In this document: positions 55,400-57,827 of the stretch, piece by piece
Layout: each line of letters starts with the position of its first letter
Numbering within the stretch: the stretch's first letter is position 1
Virus record (IMG/VR): IMGVR_UViG_3300025536_000018
Coordinates: 1 to 57,827 of that record
Length of the DNA stretch: 57,827 nucleotides
Source of the DNA: a virus
Lineage: Duplodnaviria > Caudoviricetes
Direction: 5' to 3' (one strand)
Notes under the pieces: generated by a model
The model's database searches: none
Told to the model about the DNA's origin: nothing
The model's input: the letters and a program-made list of their open reading frames with translations, nothing else
Program-made: the position numbers and the translations under genes

Positions 55400-55702
55400 C
55401 TACCCCTGCAAGAGATTTGTCGGATCGAAGTCGGCGTCCACATGGAACGGCCGCAAACCGCCACGCTTGGCGAGCTTCTGGAGATCGCTAAGCGGCTGGT
55501 CGGTATAGGCGAAGTTCGGCACCTTCAGGCTGGCCGCCGCGAGATCGCGTTCATGGAACCACGCCTGGCGGCCGTTCGGATGGACCAGGATGAAGACCTT
55601 GAACCGCTTCATCTCCAGGAGTTGCCATTCGCCGGTCGCCGGGATGTCGACTCTGTTGAAGATGCGGCCTTCAACGATGGTGTGCTTCTCTGGTCCGCTC
55701 AT
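55400..55702 (-). CDS. Hypothetical protein
   Basis: ATGA coupling (MSGPEKH). Confidence 0.65.
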   Translation of the reverse strand: MSGPEKHTIVEGRIFNRVDIPATGEWQLLEMKRFKVFILVHPNGRQAWFHERDLAAASLKVPNFAYTDQPLSDLQKLAKRGGLRPFHVDADFDPTNLLQG

Positions 55703-55902
55703 GACTCTTTGCACTCCAGTTGCGCCGCTCGAACCAGGGAGGACAGCGCCACGAAGTTCGAGCCTTCTTCGTATGGCACCTTCAGGATCATCGTGTCGGC
55801 CGTGACGCCGGGATGTTCGGTGAAAGTGAACTCGGCCGCGTCGAGACGCCGTTTGAAGACGGGGAGCTTCCATCGGTCGATTGCTATTGCGGCGGTCTTC
55901 AT
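55699..55902 (-). CDS. Small hypothetical protein
   Basis: GGAGG RBS; [13 protein letters not shown]. Confidence 0.7.
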   Translation of the reverse strand: MKTAAIAIDRWKLPVFKRRLDAAEFTFTEHPGVTADTMILKVPYEEGSNFVALSSLVRAAQLECKES

Positions 55903-56249
55903 GTCTTCCTCCAATTGATGTCGCTGCTTAGGATCGCACGGCCCTGATAGGTGTGCGGAGCCTGGCCCGCAAGCGCTGCCATGGTGCCCGCCTCGATACG
56001 GCCGACAAACCGGCCCTTGCTGGTCCAGAAGCCATGCTCATCGCCGGGGCGCTCTTCGTAGCACGCCACGTCGCCTAGTGATCGCCGTAGCTCGGCGTGG
56101 GAGCGGAATCGAGTCTCTCGGCCGTGCTCGACGCCATCGCGGCGGATCGCGCATCCGACCAGGTGCTCCTGTGCCTTCGTGATGAGGCCCACCTTGCCCT
56201 GGTCAAACCGCTTCTCGGCCCACGTCTTCTTGCGTTTCTTCAGCTTCAC
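55899..56249 (-). CDS. Hypothetical protein (GF.TS.GRFV.R.EA motif)
   Basis: GGAGG RBS plus GTG. Confidence 0.7.
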   Translation of the reverse strand: MKLKKRKKTWAEKRFDQGKVGLITKAQEHLVGCAIRRDGVEHGRETRFRSHAELRRSLGDVACYEERPGDEHGFWTSKGRFVGRIEAGTMAALAGQAPHTYQGRAILSSDINWRKT

Positions 56250-56460
56250 GATTGGTCCTCCGTTCCAGTTGCTTGACCAGGCGCACGGCGAGCTTCGTGG
56301 CTTCCATGCTTTCCTGGTCGATCTCGAATGTGGTGCGCCGGTCGCCGCATGACGGACAGAGTCGACGGCGGCGAAGAGCCATGATCGGCTCTCGGACGAT
56401 CCGCACATCCTTGACGTTGGTTTCGCCGTGGCCGCACTTCGGGCAGGGGAAGTAGGCCAC
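56203..56460 (-). CDS. NrdR-like Zn-ribbon protein lacking the ATP-cone
   Basis: CPKC...T.V.D.R......RRRR.C..C..R.TTFE matches the NrdR N-terminal signature. Confidence 0.8.
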   Translation of the reverse strand: MAYFPCPKCGHGETNVKDVRIVREPIMALRRRRLCPSCGDRRTTFEIDQESMEATKLAVRLVKQLERRTNREAEETQEDVGREAV

Positions 56461-56684
56461 TAGATGCCGTCCTCCAGGTAGCGCCGCCCCTTCTCTGTGG
56501 CGACATAGTGCGGAATCTTCGCGCCTTTGTGCGTCTTGTATGGCGACGGGTGGTGTTCGATCTCGGCGTAGCCCTGACGCAACAGCTTGTGCGACACACC
56601 GGCATTGACTTCTTGCGCGGCGAGCGGCCGACGCGAGATCGAACGAAGGACGCCTTCCGCGTGATCGGATAGCGGCTTAGCCAC
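56460..56684 (-). CDS. Small putative winged-helix protein
   Basis: LLRQGYAE...[11 protein letters not shown]. Confidence 0.65.
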   Translation of the reverse strand: MAKPLSDHAEGVLRSISRRPLAAQEVNAGVSHKLLRQGYAEIEHHPSPYKTHKGAKIPHYVATEKGRRYLEDGI

Positions 56685-56985
56685 GGGCCGCCCCGAACAG
56701 ATGACATACCACGATTCCTTCAGCTTCGATCACCGACTTGTCGCCATAGGTGATCCGCTCATAGACGATGTGGCCGCCTTCCGTGGTCGGATCGTCCAGT
56801 TGGAGGATCAAGCCGTCGCCCCCGTCCAAGGCACCAGGCGGTGCGTCGAGAACGGCTTGCTGCCACAGGGCTTTGACGAGAGATGTGCGATCCGAGAGGA
56901 TGGCGGGCGTGATCTCGACAGCTACCAGCCGAGCGCCAGGCCCGAACGCGGCCTCCAGGAACTCATCGAACGGTGTCTTTGTCAT
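56677..56985 (-). CDS. Hypothetical protein
   Basis: MTKTPFDEFL; AGGA RBS. Confidence 0.65.
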   Translation of the reverse strand: MTKTPFDEFLEAAFGPGARLVAVEITPAILSDRTSLVKALWQQAVLDAPPGALDGGDGLILQLDDPTTEGGHIVYERITYGDKSVIEAEGIVVCHLFGAARG

Positions 56986-56995
56986 GCCGATCATC

Positions 56996-57361
56996 CTACT
57001 CGCTTTCGTCGGCTTTGCCAAGGCGGCGGGCGGCAACACCGTTGTTCGTCATCTCGACGCGGTAGGTCTCTCCGCAAGCCTGGCAATCGACGCGGCGGTG
57101 GGACGGATCGGCCGAAGTAACTTCCTTCAGACTGTTGAACGTCCGACATTCGGGGCACACACCTTGCATCATCGCTGCCGCATCGGCGCGGGGCCGATAA
57201 GTGAGATCGGCGGCGATCATGGCAGCGAACCAGAACGCAATGGAGGCGCTGGTGGTGGCTGGCACGATCCAGGCGATGCTGGAAAAAGGCACTCCAGCGA
57301 GCGCGAGAGCCAGGAAAGCGGCGGTGGCGGAGATAGCCGCGACGGCGATTAAACGGTGCAT
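56996..57361 (-). CDS. Membrane protein with a Zn-ribbon
   Basis: Two TM segments plus CPEC...CQAC; GGAGG RBS. Confidence 0.7.
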   Translation of the reverse strand: MHRLIAVAAISATAAFLALALAGVPFSSIAWIVPATTSASIAFWFAAMIAADLTYRPRADAAAMMQGVCPECRTFNSLKEVTSADPSHRRVDCQACGETYRVEMTNNGVAARRLGKADESE

Positions 57362-57815
57362 TTTCGTCCTCCGAATCAGTGATACGATCCGTGTAGCCGA
57401 TTCGGGGAGACCTGACAAGGGTTCCGATAGGGGCACCACATACACGGTTCGATCAAGCTACACGGTCTAATCGGCTATGCGGACTGGTATATGATTTGAC
57501 CACCAACGGCATGGGAAGCCGTAGCTACGCAAAACCTGTAACCGATTTTAATTGGAACCAGAGCAATTAGAACCTGAATATCTGCACCGATTAACAGCGT
57601 TGTATTTAATAGCTTTTTTAGCGTCAGGTTCCGAAGTTCCAATAGTTCCAATTACTCTGAAAGACAGTGTATTTTTTGACAACATTCTCTCCAAATCTAG
57701 GGGATAGTCCAGCTACATATCGGATCGGAACCTGACTACGCTCTTCGGATAACCGTATGGAAGTGACTTCCGGCACCGGGGCCATGTCGATTCACGGAAA
57801 AAACATCGAAAATCG

Positions 57816-57827
57816 GCTCAGCGCCCC
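57816..57827. repeat. Right terminal 12-nt repeat, probable cos
   Basis: Identical to 1-12. Confidence 0.8.

Larger units (their letters stand above)
380..57771. repeat. Dispersed 13-bp palindrome SGAAGT-W-ACTTCS, about 38 copies genome-wide
   Basis: Exact GAAGTWACTTC core in 13-mers starting at 2470, 4579, 8268, 10026, 12184, 13523, 15883, 19253, 19293, 21505, 23941, 27746, 34316, 36917, 41204, 48889, 50213, 51758, 54306, 57113. One-mismatch cores at 380, 1921, 2668, 5746, 6292, 14051, 26322, 31014, 32877, 32917, 37712, 40104, 42556, 44009, 45552, 46576, 50329, 57759. Confidence 0.95.

Noticed and set aside
55232-55918. 228-aa plus-strand ORF
   Set aside because: Overlaps a terminator and two coupled minus-strand genes with good RBSs
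57625-57652. Alphaproteobacterial LexA box (GTTC-N7-GTTC)
   Set aside because: GTTC spacings are 4 and 5 nt, not 7
57676-57704. TTGACA promoter firing across cos
   Set aside because: No convincing -10 at 17 nt and no downstream plus-strand gene

Overview
This window looks like a complete, GC-rich, 57.8-kb lytic siphophage genome of the Chi-like (Casjensviridae-type) organisation. It has identical 12-nt ends (cos-like). The host is most likely an alphaproteobacterium, inferred from a GapR homologue, CtrA-like boxes and GANTC enrichment. Layout: (1) 0.4-5.7 kb, leftward early arm of small hypothetical genes; (2) 6.1-16.4 kb, rightward accessory, nucleotide-metabolism and nucleoid genes (DUF3310, ThyX, cupin, MazG-like, GapR, ParB-like); (3) 16.5-19.2 kb, lysis cassette (spanins, GH19 endolysin, holins); (4) 19.3-42.6 kb, lambda-like tail, head and terminase genes; (5) 42.6-52.3 kb, SNF2 helicase, VRR-NUC, adenine MTase, PolA, SSB and a DUF2800 nuclease; (6) a Cro-like HTH and primase-helicase; (7) a short leftward arm that includes an NrdR-like Zn ribbon. 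I found no integrase, tRNA or CRISPR array. The strongest unexplained signals are: about 38 copies of a 13-bp palindrome (SGAAGTWACTTCS) spread through the genome, including inside genes; a roughly 4-5x GANTC-dense early arm with five CtrA-box-like promoters; a 19-21-residue coiled-coil tag shared by the DNA methyltransferase and four small neighbouring proteins, one ending in an SSB-tail mimic (DDDIPF); and one ~115-aa domain inserted into both the capsid decoration and tail tube proteins. All counts are manual and all family calls come from motif recognition, not database searches.
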